NCBI RefSeq assembly: GCF_034006065.1
Contig: NZ_JAVETM010000001.1
Coordinates: 293,147 to 317,146 of the forward strand
Length of the DNA stretch: 24,000 nucleotides
Source of the DNA: Desulfobotulus sp.
Lineage (GTDB): Bacteria; Desulfobacterota; Desulfobacteria; Desulfobacterales; ASO4-4
Direction: 5' to 3'
Below are positions 9,599 through 18,065 of this stretch, piece after piece. Made by a program: the position numbers and the translations under genes. The notes beneath the pieces are model-generated. The model did no database searches, had not been told where the DNA came from, and worked only from the letters and a program-made list of their open reading frames with translations. The stretch's first letter is position 1, and each line of letters starts with the position of its first letter.

Positions 9599-9640
9599 AA
9601 CTGCTCTCCAAAACCCTATTTTCACCAGGAGGAAGTTCGT

Positions 9641-10450
9641 ATGAAACGCAATTTCGGCAAAAAACTCATCATCGGCGCGGCCCTCTGCTGCCTTCCCTTC
9701 TCCGCCATGGCTCTGGAAGCTCTGGATGACAGCGCCCTCGGTGGCGTCACCGGTCAGGCCGGTGTGAGCATTGCTCTGGACGATGTGGTGATCTACATGA
9801 AGAGCATTGCAGATGTGACCTACATTGATACGGATGGTTTTGGAGGCGTTGATCGTGCTGGTATCATGATTGAGCACCAGACCGGTGGAGAAAAACTCAT
9901 CACTCTGGGCGCCATTGTGACCGATGATGTTTACGGTATCGATAAACTCAATGCCACATTCAACACCGACAATATCGGTATCCTCTCAAAAGCCGCCATC
10001 AATTCCAAAATGAATGAAATGGCAGCAGCTGCACAGCTTGCCGCCGGAGCTATTGACCAAGCCACATACGATGGCATAGCCGCTGCTGTGGATCCCAATG
10101 CAGTAAATTTTGATCCCACCAACGGATCTACCAGCAACTTTACCAATGGTATCTCCCCCCTGACCATCGATATCGGTGAGGCCGTTGCCCTTACCCAGGG
10201 CTGGACCTACAATACCAATGATACCATCCGAGGTGTAAAAGGCACCCATGTTGCCGGTGTCACAATTGGCCTGCCCACCGTGGAAATCAATACCTACTAC
10301 AACACTGTAGGCGAGCAGAAAGCAATCAAGCTTGTGGAAGTTGGTGATCATGTAGTGAATAAAGGCCACAATGAATTTATCACCATCAGAAAAACCGGTA
10401 ACGCCACCATGGCCATCCTCGGCGGCCGTCTGGAAATCGCTCCCCACTGA
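9641..10450 (+). CDS. Secreted protein, TGQAG-motif family paralog 1 (269 aa); candidate major subunit or cargo
   Basis: AGGAGG lies 8 nt upstream. Signal peptide MKRNFGKKLIIGAALCCLPFSAMA is followed by LEALDDSALGGVTGQAGVSIALDD. The protein is Thr/Asn/Gly/Ala-rich with no Cys after the signal peptide. Its N- and C-terminal segments resemble those of the proteins at 10556 and 18551. Confidence 0.85.
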   Translation: MKRNFGKKLIIGAALCCLPFSAMALEALDDSALGGVTGQAGVSIALDDVVIYMKSIADVTYIDTDGFGGVDRAGIMIEHQTGGEKLITLGAIVTDDVYGIDKLNATFNTDNIGILSKAAINSKMNEMAAAAQLAAGAIDQATYDGIAAAVDPNAVNFDPTNGSTSNFTNGISPLTIDIGEAVALTQGWTYNTNDTIRGVKGTHVAGVTIGLPTVEINTYYNTVGEQKAIKLVEVGDHVVNKGHNEFITIRKTGNATMAILGGRLEIAPH

Positions 10451-10489
10451 TGCAAATCCGGCTTAACCTCCAAGCCTGAATGCCAACGA

Positions 10490-10520
10490 AGCCCCCTCTC
10501 CTGACCGGGGAGGGGGCTTT
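10490..10520 (+). terminator. Strong hairpin with a weak U-tract after the first gene (partial terminator or attenuator)
   Basis: AGCCCCCTCTCC-tgacc-GGGGAGGGGGCT is a 12-bp stem (one G.U pair) followed only by TTT. It lies 40 nt after the stop at 10450 and 36 nt before the next ATG. Confidence 0.5.
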
Positions 10521-10555
10521 GCAACAAAAAAGCCTCGCCGGGGATCGCGACGACC

Positions 10556-11575
10556 ATGAAAATCCTTTGCCTGTTTTTTATCTGCCTCACGTGGCTCAGC
10601 CTCTGCGCCGCGCATCGCAGCGAAGCACTCCAGGCTATGGCGGATACGGATCTGGCCGCATGCACAGGACAGGCGGGCATTTCCATGGCCATTGCGGATC
10701 TGGTGGTCTATCATCATCAGGAAAACATCGCCTTTATCAGCAACCGCAAAATCGATGAAAATACCACTACCCAAACCCCGCTCACCCTCAGCAATACCCA
10801 AAGCCTTCTTACTCTGAATGCGGGCAGAACCGACATCAACGGCAATGGCAAAATTGATCCCATCACCTTGGACATCGGCATGCTTTCCGATCTGGAACGG
10901 CTCTGGAAGGAGCCCAACTGGCTGCCGGAAGATCAGTGGGAAATAATAGATGCCTTGCCCGCCGGTGTACTGGATCGCCCTGTAATCGCCCTTCGCGCTC
11001 CGGACTGGGACAGAAACCTTGAAATCCGCAACAATGGCATTTCCTTGAATGATGTGAATCTCGGTTCTTTCTCCCTTCAGGGCAGTAAGACCCAGGGGTG
11101 GGAGCTTTTTCTTTCCGCAGGCCAGATCATGAAAGTGACTGCCCCTGATGATCCTGATGATCCCAATATCCGCAAAGCGGGTATGGATTTTGAATTCGCC
11201 TTCCAAAAACACATTGAAGCCTTCACCTACAGCCCTTCCGAAAGCCAGACCCTTTCCTTTGACAATCTCTATTTTGCCAAAGACCTGACCTTTTCCGAGA
11301 CCAATGCTTCAGACATCACCGCCTCGGGTTTCTTCCGCCTGGGCAACATGCGGGAGGGCAAACCCCTCTCCATCGATATGGGCGTAACCACCGAAGGCAG
11401 AAGCCAAGCGACCCCTGTCTTAAGGCTGGACCTGAAAGATGCCAGCGGCTCCTTTGCCGTAGCCGGTATCCGGGACATCCAGGGAGCGGAAACCCGCAAC
11501 TTCGGCCCTGTCATTGCCGAAGGAATTCAGATTCATCATATGCGTCTGGAATTCCCCGGTCGGGGGACCCCATGA
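10556..11575 (+). CDS. Secreted protein, TGQAG-motif family paralog 2 (339 aa)
   Basis: Signal peptide MKILCLFFICLTWLSLCAA is followed by ...ALQAMADTDLAACTGQAGISMAIADLVVY. The motif occupies residues 28-39, the same register as in paralogs 1 and 4. There is no obvious SD sequence. Confidence 0.75.
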   Translation: MKILCLFFICLTWLSLCAAHRSEALQAMADTDLAACTGQAGISMAIADLVVYHHQENIAFISNRKIDENTTTQTPLTLSNTQSLLTLNAGRTDINGNGKIDPITLDIGMLSDLERLWKEPNWLPEDQWEIIDALPAGVLDRPVIALRAPDWDRNLEIRNNGISLNDVNLGSFSLQGSKTQGWELFLSAGQIMKVTAPDDPDDPNIRKAGMDFEFAFQKHIEAFTYSPSESQTLSFDNLYFAKDLTFSETNASDITASGFFRLGNMREGKPLSIDMGVTTEGRSQATPVLRLDLKDASGSFAVAGIRDIQGAETRNFGPVIAEGIQIHHMRLEFPGRGTP

Positions 11576-12573
11576 TCTCTGGTCTCACCCCGGAAAGAAG
11601 ACTTTGGCGAAAAAAGGCCCCCTCCCCCAAGGTCCCAGGGACTTTTTTCTGGGCCTTGTTTCTCATGCTTTCCCTGCCGGGTCTCAGCCTGGCCCAAGGG
11701 AATGGGCCTTCGGGTATTTTCGGCTTCTGTGATGGTCTGTTCAAAGAAGAGCAGAAAATCTTTTCCCTGGAAAAAGCCCCCCCCTTTCAAAGCAAAACGC
11801 CACAAAGTCCTTCGGCCATTTCGTCTCTGCCTGCTTCAGAAGAAAAGTCCCATACCTTCGCCCTCACCCAGAGCGAAAACCCGGTCTCTTCTTCCCCTTC
11901 TCCTGATCTTCTTCAGGCCAGCGCCCCCTTACAGGCCCTCTCCGACGGCGAGCTTCAGAACATCACCGCAGGCTCCATTGTGAATTTCACCATGGACGCA
12001 AGCCAGAATCTCGCCCGGATGGATCTGGATATGTACCTTGAAACGCACATGGAAATTGAAAAATTCCGTGCGGGCTATCACAACTACAATCCTGAGACCA
12101 GTCTGGGATGGGATCAGAGCTGGGATAAGGTGCGCTTCTATGGCGGGACTCTGGATGAAGAAAAGAATCCTTCAGATTTTTTCAAAGCCTATGGCCTGAC
12201 CCTTGTGGTGGAATATGAGGGTACAGAGAACAGCCGCAAGATTGCCCGTATTCTCCTGGGTTCCCCCCAGGTTTCGGGTAAAATCGATGCGCAGTTCAAC
12301 CACTTCTCCGGTGTCATCGATCAAGCGGTCAATGCCCATCTGAATGAATCCCAAGACTTAAACCCCTACCGCGTAAATCTTGGGCAGCAGACCCTTACTT
12401 TCAGCCAGGCCAATCAGGGACTTTTCCTCGGCCTGACCTTAAGCGGCGATCGCCCGGGCTTTGGCGTATTTGCGGGAAAACCCCTGGATGGCACAGGCGG
12501 TATTCTGGAAGCAGGCCGCTCAGACTGGTGGACCCAACCGGCGGGAAGCCTCTCCAAAGATTCAGCCCCCTGA
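11572..12573 (+). CDS. Secreted protein with an S/P-rich linker and an internal GG-leader-like motif (TGQAG-family paralog 3, divergent)
   Basis: ATGA start/stop overlap with the upstream gene. Hydrophobic signal ...FFWALFLMLSLPGLSLAQG, then a Ser/Pro-rich stretch of about 80 aa, then LQALSDGELQNITAGSIVNFTMD (residues 123-134). The start codon is uncertain. Confidence 0.65.
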   Translation: MISGLTPERRLWRKKAPSPKVPGTFFWALFLMLSLPGLSLAQGNGPSGIFGFCDGLFKEEQKIFSLEKAPPFQSKTPQSPSAISSLPASEEKSHTFALTQSENPVSSSPSPDLLQASAPLQALSDGELQNITAGSIVNFTMDASQNLARMDLDMYLETHMEIEKFRAGYHNYNPETSLGWDQSWDKVRFYGGTLDEEKNPSDFFKAYGLTLVVEYEGTENSRKIARILLGSPQVSGKIDAQFNHFSGVIDQAVNAHLNESQDLNPYRVNLGQQTLTFSQANQGLFLGLTLSGDRPGFGVFAGKPLDGTGGILEAGRSDWWTQPAGSLSKDSAP

Positions 12574-12684
12574 TCATAAGACTTTACAGCGCTTCCATGG
12601 GCTGCTACAAAGCAAAACATTGTTTCAAACACAAAAAGGCCCATTGAACCCTGATCGCCCCTAACCCGGAGCCTGGATCTCTCC

Positions 12685-13440
12685 ATGCACATCCTCGCCG
12701 CCTTTGTCATATTCCTTGCCTTTGCCAATGGTTTCCATCCCATCTCCGAAGAAAAGGAAAGTCACGCCGTTTTTGTGGTGGATCCGGATCAACGCATTGT
12801 GCTGCGTACCCCTGTGGTAACGGATGAGATCATCCAGTTTCGCCACCTGGTACGCCAGAACTTTGATTATTCCTGCGGGTCTGCGGCCCTGGCCACCCTG
12901 CTCAATGCTGCCATGGGCGAAAATCTCACGGAACGTCAGGTCATCCATGGTCTCATGGAATACGGAGACAAGGAGCAGATTGCCGCACGCAGAGCCTTTT
13001 CCCTTCTGGACATGAAACGCTTCGTCAATGTGCTGGGCTATGACGGCGCAGGCTATAAGGCAAAAATGGAAAACCTGCTCGATCCCCAGTACTGGCCTGC
13101 CATTGTTCCCATCAAAATCTTTGATTACCGTCATTTCGTCGTTTTTCGCGGAGCCTACGGCGGCCATGTCTTCATCGCCGACCCCTGGCGGGGAAACAGC
13201 AGCTACACGGAGGAACAGTTTGCGTCCATGTGGTATGACAATGTCATGTTTCTTGTTTCCAACGGCGAAAAAAAACATCCCAACCTCCTGCGCCTGCGCA
13301 CGGAAGACCTTCGCTATATCGACGAAGACACGGCCCGGTATTTTGTCTTTGACCAGGAAAAACCCTTTAACACCCCAAGGGACACCCAGGTGCCTGTCAA
13401 AGACGGCGTTCCCGCAGGGGGCTATTTTTATAAACCCTAG
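12685..13440 (+). CDS. Periplasmic stand-alone C39-like cysteine peptidase
   Basis: Signal peptide MHILAAFVIFLAFANG. C39 signature RQNFDYSCGSAALATLLN (Q58, C64; Cys codon 12874-12876), then ...DYRHFVVFRG..GHVFIADP (H150, D166). The Q-6-C and H-16-D spacings match what I recall for bacteriocin-processing C39 domains. Confidence 0.8.
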   Translation: MHILAAFVIFLAFANGFHPISEEKESHAVFVVDPDQRIVLRTPVVTDEIIQFRHLVRQNFDYSCGSAALATLLNAAMGENLTERQVIHGLMEYGDKEQIAARRAFSLLDMKRFVNVLGYDGAGYKAKMENLLDPQYWPAIVPIKIFDYRHFVVFRGAYGGHVFIADPWRGNSSYTEEQFASMWYDNVMFLVSNGEKKHPNLLRLRTEDLRYIDEDTARYFVFDQEKPFNTPRDTQVPVKDGVPAGGYFYKP

Positions 13441-13459
13441 AGTCTGAGGTCCGGAGATC

Positions 13460-14521
13460 ATGGTTTTTCGTCTTTTTCTTCTCATTCTTTTCTTCTTCTG
13501 CACAACAGCCCCCTCATGGGCGGAGAACGATCCGGAAATCCGGCTCCTTGAGGAGCGTCTCCAGGAGCTGGAGGCCTCCCTCAAACGCATGCAGGAAGAA
13601 AACGAGGCCCGCAGAACCCTTCAGAGTACAGCCGAAGAAAAGGCGGCTCAGGAAGAGGAAATCCTTTCCGCCGCGGGCAGGGATTACACCCTGATGCGGC
13701 CCGGACGCATGGGATTTGAATACAATTTCCGCTACTCCTACTACAGTTATGACCAGCTTGTGGAAGCCGGAAAAATCGAGCACAAGAGCAATCACAACAT
13801 TGAAAACAGCATGGTGGTGGAATATCCCCTGAAGCCCAATCTCACCCTGAGCGCAGATTTTCCCTTTGTCTTTAAAAGCGACAACAAATCCTCAGATGGC
13901 TCTTCCCGTCAGGTGTCCGATATCGGGGACTTTGTGCTGGGATTTCAGTATCAGCCCCTGAAATCCGGCGGAAAAATACCGACCACCATCCTTTCCCTCC
14001 GCGCCAGCCTGCCCGTGGGCCGCAGCCCCTATGACATCGATCCGGACAAGGAGATGGCCACCAGCTCCGGCACATACAGCCTCACCGCCGGGGCCAACTT
14101 CAGCAAGGTTTTTGATCCCATCATTGCCTATGGTGGACTGAGCTACAGCTATTATCTGCCGGAAAGCACCCGCTACCACGCCAAAGGCGTATCCTCACCG
14201 GAATATGTCTCTGAAGTGAACCGGGGAGAGCAGTTCGGATTCAGCGCCGGGTTTGGTTATGCCCTTTCTTACAGGCTCAACATCAACCTCAGTTATCAGT
14301 ACAGCCTCAGTATGCGCTCCAAATACACCTGGACCACCGATGAGACCCCGGAAAAATGGGAGACCCAGAGCCCCACATCCGCATCCTCAGTTTTCAGTAT
14401 CGGCACGGGCTGGCGCATCAGCAGCAAACGCACCATGAATGTGCGCCTTGGCATCGGCCTTACCAACAATGATCCGGACTTTACCCTGGCCATACGCCTG
14501 CCCTTTGAACTGGTCTTCTGA
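13460..14521 (+). CDS. Outer-membrane beta-barrel protein with an N-terminal coiled-coil segment
   Basis: Signal peptide MVFRLFLLILFFFCTTAPSWA. A charged heptad-like helix of about 55 aa follows (EIRLLEERLQELEASLKRMQEENEARR...EEKAAQEEE), then about 270 aa of alternating amphipathic strands ending ...AIRLPFELVF with a terminal Phe. Confidence 0.75.
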   Translation: MVFRLFLLILFFFCTTAPSWAENDPEIRLLEERLQELEASLKRMQEENEARRTLQSTAEEKAAQEEEILSAAGRDYTLMRPGRMGFEYNFRYSYYSYDQLVEAGKIEHKSNHNIENSMVVEYPLKPNLTLSADFPFVFKSDNKSSDGSSRQVSDIGDFVLGFQYQPLKSGGKIPTTILSLRASLPVGRSPYDIDPDKEMATSSGTYSLTAGANFSKVFDPIIAYGGLSYSYYLPESTRYHAKGVSSPEYVSEVNRGEQFGFSAGFGYALSYRLNINLSYQYSLSMRSKYTWTTDETPEKWETQSPTSASSVFSIGTGWRISSKRTMNVRLGIGLTNNDPDFTLAIRLPFELVF

Positions 14522-14576
14522 TGACAAAAAAAAGAGAGGCATCTTCATATTTTTCTTCAACAAAGAATTTCTTTTC

Positions 14577-16412
14577 ATGGAAACGTGTTTTGTGAAAAAC
14601 CATCCGCGCTGCCGCCCACTCACGAAACGGTCCGGGTTCGATTCAGCCTGCCTCTGGATCGTTGCCCTTGTCCTTTTTTGCCTGGTGCTTCGGCCTTTTT
14701 CCGCCGAAGCCAACTTCAATGAGCAGGTGGCCATCAGCACCAAGGCCATTTCCCTTGCCAATACCGTGACCGCAGACCCGCCGGGACTCATGTCCGTTCA
14801 TTACAACCCCGCAGGTCTCAGTCTTCTGGATGAGGGCAAGGTGTTCAGCAATGGTTTCACCCTGGCTCACATTGTCCGTACGGGACGCTTTCAGGAAGAT
14901 CCGAACTTCCCTGGTTTCATGGACACCTGGGGCCCGGGTAAACCTTACAATCCCGACTTTCCCAATGACCCTGACAGCGACCATGGCGGTCCGGACCCTC
15001 TCCGGGGGACAGAAGGCACAACCTCCGGCAACATTCTTTATGTGCCCTTTTATGGTCCCATCAGCCTCCCCGCCATCCCCGCACCCAACTTAGGTATTTC
15101 CCACAGAAGCCCAGGCTCCCGCTGGACCTTTGCCTATGCCAATTATGCGGCCTACGGCGGAGGGATTGAGCATAAGGATGCGGGCGACCCTTTGCGTTTC
15201 GGATGTAAGTCTTTGTATCTCCAGCACCTTATCTATGCAGCCCCTTCGGTGAGTTACCAGATTTCGGACACCCTTTCCGTGGGCGCCTCCATTGGCATGG
15301 GCCAAACCTCCATGGGCATTGCCATGGACCAGCGTTCTCCCAATGAGCTGGTGGCCCTCACCCGCGTCATCGGTGACGCCACAAGGGATCTTCACATTCC
15401 CGTGGTCTCAGACATGACCTTTCCCGCTCCCTGGCTGGGAGGCGGCCTGGGGCCCTATGAGCATGTGGCGAGCTTCAGGCTGGACATGAGAGACGATTAT
15501 TCCCCCAGTTTCAACCTAGGCCTCCTCTGGCAACCCCATCACCGCTTTTCCTTTGGCCTCGTTTACCAGAGCGAGACCCAGTCTGAAATGACAGGTAACT
15601 ATATTTTTCACTATTCGGAACAATTCCAGCGTCATATTGACTGGAACGGATCCACCTCCTACACCATGCAGGGAGCGGGTATTCTTGGCCTTCCCATCAA
15701 AGGGCTTCCCTTTCAGGCAGGGACGGTCACCACCACCCAGAGGTTTCCCCAGAGGGTGCAGGCGGGAATCATGGTCAAACCCTTTTCCCGCATCAAATGG
15801 CTCTTTGATGTCAACTGGACCAACTGGTCTGTCATCAAGGAAGACCGCCTTCAGTTTGATCAGCGCATCCATCTTCTTCAGCTTGTTAAACTTCTCGGTT
15901 ACACGGGCGGAGAAAGTACGCTTCTAGTGGAGCGCAATCTCAAAGACACCTGGAGCTTCAGCACAGGTCTTGAGTTCATGGTATCCGAGGCCTTAAGTCT
16001 GCGCCTTGGGTATGAAAAGCGGCCCACGTCCTTAAACTATGACCTCTTTGACGCCCTGTATTTTCTTCCGGAAAACAATTTTTACGGCACAGGCGCGGAA
16101 TTACGCTTAAAAAATGGGCTTACCATCGATCTCGGCATGGGGATTCTCATGGCAGATAAGATCAAGGTGGACAACAACCGTTCCACCAACATGAATTCCA
16201 CGGATTTCACGAAGATCGTATACAACCCCTATGCGGGTCTCAACTATGAGCAGGACACCACCATCTACCTTGCCTCCTTTACCATCACCATGCCCCTTGA
16301 GCTGCAGATGGAGCTTTTGGAGCAGAAAAAGGAGATGGCCTTAAAAGCCCTTTCCAAACTCAAAAAACTCTGGCCCTTTGGATCCAGAAAAGAAAGCACA
16401 AAAGCCCAGTGA
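14577..16412 (+). CDS. FadL/OmpP1/TodX-family outer-membrane channel, unusually long (611 aa) with a C-terminal helical tail
   Basis: The N-terminal region after the signal (LWIVALVLFCLVLRPFSAEA) reads ...AISLANTVTADPPGLMSVHYNPAGLSLL, a typical FadL-family opening. Later FadL-like blocks are present (LRLGYEKRPTS..., FYGTGAELRL). After the last strand comes the tail ELQMELLEQKKEMALKALSKLKKLWPF.... The start is uncertain: ATG 14577 has no clear SD, and GTG 14592 is an alternative. Confidence 0.7.
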   Translation: METCFVKNHPRCRPLTKRSGFDSACLWIVALVLFCLVLRPFSAEANFNEQVAISTKAISLANTVTADPPGLMSVHYNPAGLSLLDEGKVFSNGFTLAHIVRTGRFQEDPNFPGFMDTWGPGKPYNPDFPNDPDSDHGGPDPLRGTEGTTSGNILYVPFYGPISLPAIPAPNLGISHRSPGSRWTFAYANYAAYGGGIEHKDAGDPLRFGCKSLYLQHLIYAAPSVSYQISDTLSVGASIGMGQTSMGIAMDQRSPNELVALTRVIGDATRDLHIPVVSDMTFPAPWLGGGLGPYEHVASFRLDMRDDYSPSFNLGLLWQPHHRFSFGLVYQSETQSEMTGNYIFHYSEQFQRHIDWNGSTSYTMQGAGILGLPIKGLPFQAGTVTTTQRFPQRVQAGIMVKPFSRIKWLFDVNWTNWSVIKEDRLQFDQRIHLLQLVKLLGYTGGESTLLVERNLKDTWSFSTGLEFMVSEALSLRLGYEKRPTSLNYDLFDALYFLPENNFYGTGAELRLKNGLTIDLGMGILMADKIKVDNNRSTNMNSTDFTKIVYNPYAGLNYEQDTTIYLASFTITMPLELQMELLEQKKEMALKALSKLKKLWPFGSRKESTKAQ

Positions 16413-16444
16413 ACCTCTCCCAATTCTGAGTCAATGGAGTATGT

Positions 16445-17935
16445 ATGCCTTCTTTCCTCGTACAAGTCTTCTTTGTTTTCCTTGCTCTTGTTCTTCCCGT
16501 CGGCGGTCTTTGTCAGCCCAGCCTGCGCGTTACCGAAGAATTTTTCGGAATGCCCGAATCCGGTATCCAGATTTTCGGCCTCACGGCGGATGACCAGCTC
16601 AGCCATGTGGCCTATGCGGTGCAGGATGAAAAGGGTATGTTCGTTCGCATGGACAAAGAGGAGGGACCTCACTTTGAGTCCATCCGCAAAGGCACCCCGC
16701 TTTTCGGCCCCCAGGGCCATATCATGGTCTACGTAGGCTTCCGACAGGCCAAAAGCCATGTCTGGGTGAATGGGAAGGAAAAGGGGATTTACGATGGCGC
16801 AGACAGTTTTACCTTCAGCCCAACGGGTCAGCATCTGGCCTATCGCGTTGAAGTTAAAGGCCAGGGCCAGGCCGTGGTTTCCGGAGACAAACAAGGACCT
16901 TTTTTCCGGATGGTGGATCCGGAAAGCCTTGTCATGGCCCAGGACGGAGGCCTTGCCTATGTGGGGATGGACCCGGACAGAGGGGCGGTGCTCATGGTCA
17001 ATGGCAGGGAGGCCGGGATTTTTGAGGGGGTGCGGGAGCTACGCTTTTCCCCAGAAGGCCATTTTGCCTGTGCTGTGAAAAAAGATGGCCTGTGGCACCT
17101 TTTTCTGGAAAACACCATGGAAAAAGAAGGGTATGAGGGCATTCAGTACATTGGATTTTCCCCGGACAGTGAGAAAATCGCCCTTGTCATCCTCCGTAAG
17201 GGCAAACTCAGTGTGCGCATGGGAAAGGACACCCACAGATCCTGGGATACGGTGGGGCCTCCCCTCTTTTCTCCGGACAGCCAACGCCTTGCCTATCCCG
17301 CCAAACAGGGTGAGCGCTGGGCCATGGTGGTGGATGGAAAAAGGGGGGATCGCCACGATCTTCTGGGCCCGCCCCTCTTTTCTCCGGACAGTCAGCACAT
17401 CGCCTGGATGGCTGTGGAAAAAGATCACTCTTTTTATGTGGTGAACCACAAAAAACAGCCTGCCTATGAGACTGTGGACGGCTTTGCCTTTCATCCGCAA
17501 AAAGGCTTTGCCTACAGGGCCAGGCAAAAGGAAAAATGGCATCTTGTCACCGAGCTTGGGGAAGGCCAGGCCCATGATGGCGTCACGCCCCCCCTCTTCC
17601 ATGAAAACGGCCGTCTTCTCTTTGGCATTGCCGATGATCATCAGCAGCGGCTGGTGGTGGATGGGGTTCCCGGCCCTCCGGCGGATCAGATCAGCCCTGC
17701 GGTTTACAGTCCAGGAGGCCAGCATGTGGGATGCGCTGTGATTCTCGATAAAAAATGGTACCTGGATATGGATGGCCAGCGCACTCCCATTGAAAATATC
17801 ACCGCCTTTCTCAATCAGGCGCCGGTGCGGTTTATTGATGAAAACACCATGCAGGGGCTGGCTTACCAGCTTCCTGGGCCCCGTTTTCTGAAAATCTCCG
17901 CAACCCTTGAAAATTTCAAGGAAACCATTGAGTGA
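16445..17935 (+). CDS. Secreted beta-propeller-like repeat protein (PD40/TolB-like FSPDG repeats)
   Basis: GGAG lies 5 nt upstream. Signal peptide MPSFLVQVFFVFLALVLPVGGLC. There are about 10 repeats of roughly 40 aa carrying F/YSP(D/E/T/G)(G/S)xxhAY-type motifs (FSPTGQHLAY, FSPEGHFAC, FSPDSEKIAL, FSPDSQRLAY, FSPDSQHIAW, YSPGGQHVGC). Confidence 0.7.
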   Translation: MPSFLVQVFFVFLALVLPVGGLCQPSLRVTEEFFGMPESGIQIFGLTADDQLSHVAYAVQDEKGMFVRMDKEEGPHFESIRKGTPLFGPQGHIMVYVGFRQAKSHVWVNGKEKGIYDGADSFTFSPTGQHLAYRVEVKGQGQAVVSGDKQGPFFRMVDPESLVMAQDGGLAYVGMDPDRGAVLMVNGREAGIFEGVRELRFSPEGHFACAVKKDGLWHLFLENTMEKEGYEGIQYIGFSPDSEKIALVILRKGKLSVRMGKDTHRSWDTVGPPLFSPDSQRLAYPAKQGERWAMVVDGKRGDRHDLLGPPLFSPDSQHIAWMAVEKDHSFYVVNHKKQPAYETVDGFAFHPQKGFAYRARQKEKWHLVTELGEGQAHDGVTPPLFHENGRLLFGIADDHQQRLVVDGVPGPPADQISPAVYSPGGQHVGCAVILDKKWYLDMDGQRTPIENITAFLNQAPVRFIDENTMQGLAYQLPGPRFLKISATLENFKETIE

Positions 17936-17952
17936 AAAATCGGGTTTTTCAT

Positions 17953-17981
17953 TTGACCCTTGCATCTTTTTTTCATAAAGT
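17953..17981 (+). promoter_or_regulatory. Candidate sigma70-type promoter for module 2
   Basis: TTGACC (17953-17958), a 17-nt T-rich spacer, then TAAAGT (17976-17981). It would give a leader of about 560 nt containing the inverted repeat and all five aptamers. A second TTGACA at 18039-18044 has no acceptable -10. Confidence 0.35.
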
Positions 17982-18065
17982 GATCTTTGTTCACCATCCA
18001 GACAAAAAAAAGATCCGCGAGGCAGCGTTTTTTGATCTTTGACATCGGGAAAGGTTTCGCACGCA

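Noticed and set aside
9396-9644. An 82-aa ORF covering the module-1 leader
   Set aside because: It overlaps the aptamer and the putative promoter, has no SD, and its sequence is better explained by the conserved RNA blocks.
14521-14595. A 24-codon ORF (MTKKREASSYFSSTKNFFSWKRVL) starting at the TGATG overlap with the stop of the 13460 gene
   Set aside because: No conservation can be assessed. The sequence is A/T-rich intergenic-looking and overlaps the start of the FadL-like gene, so it is probably fortuitous.
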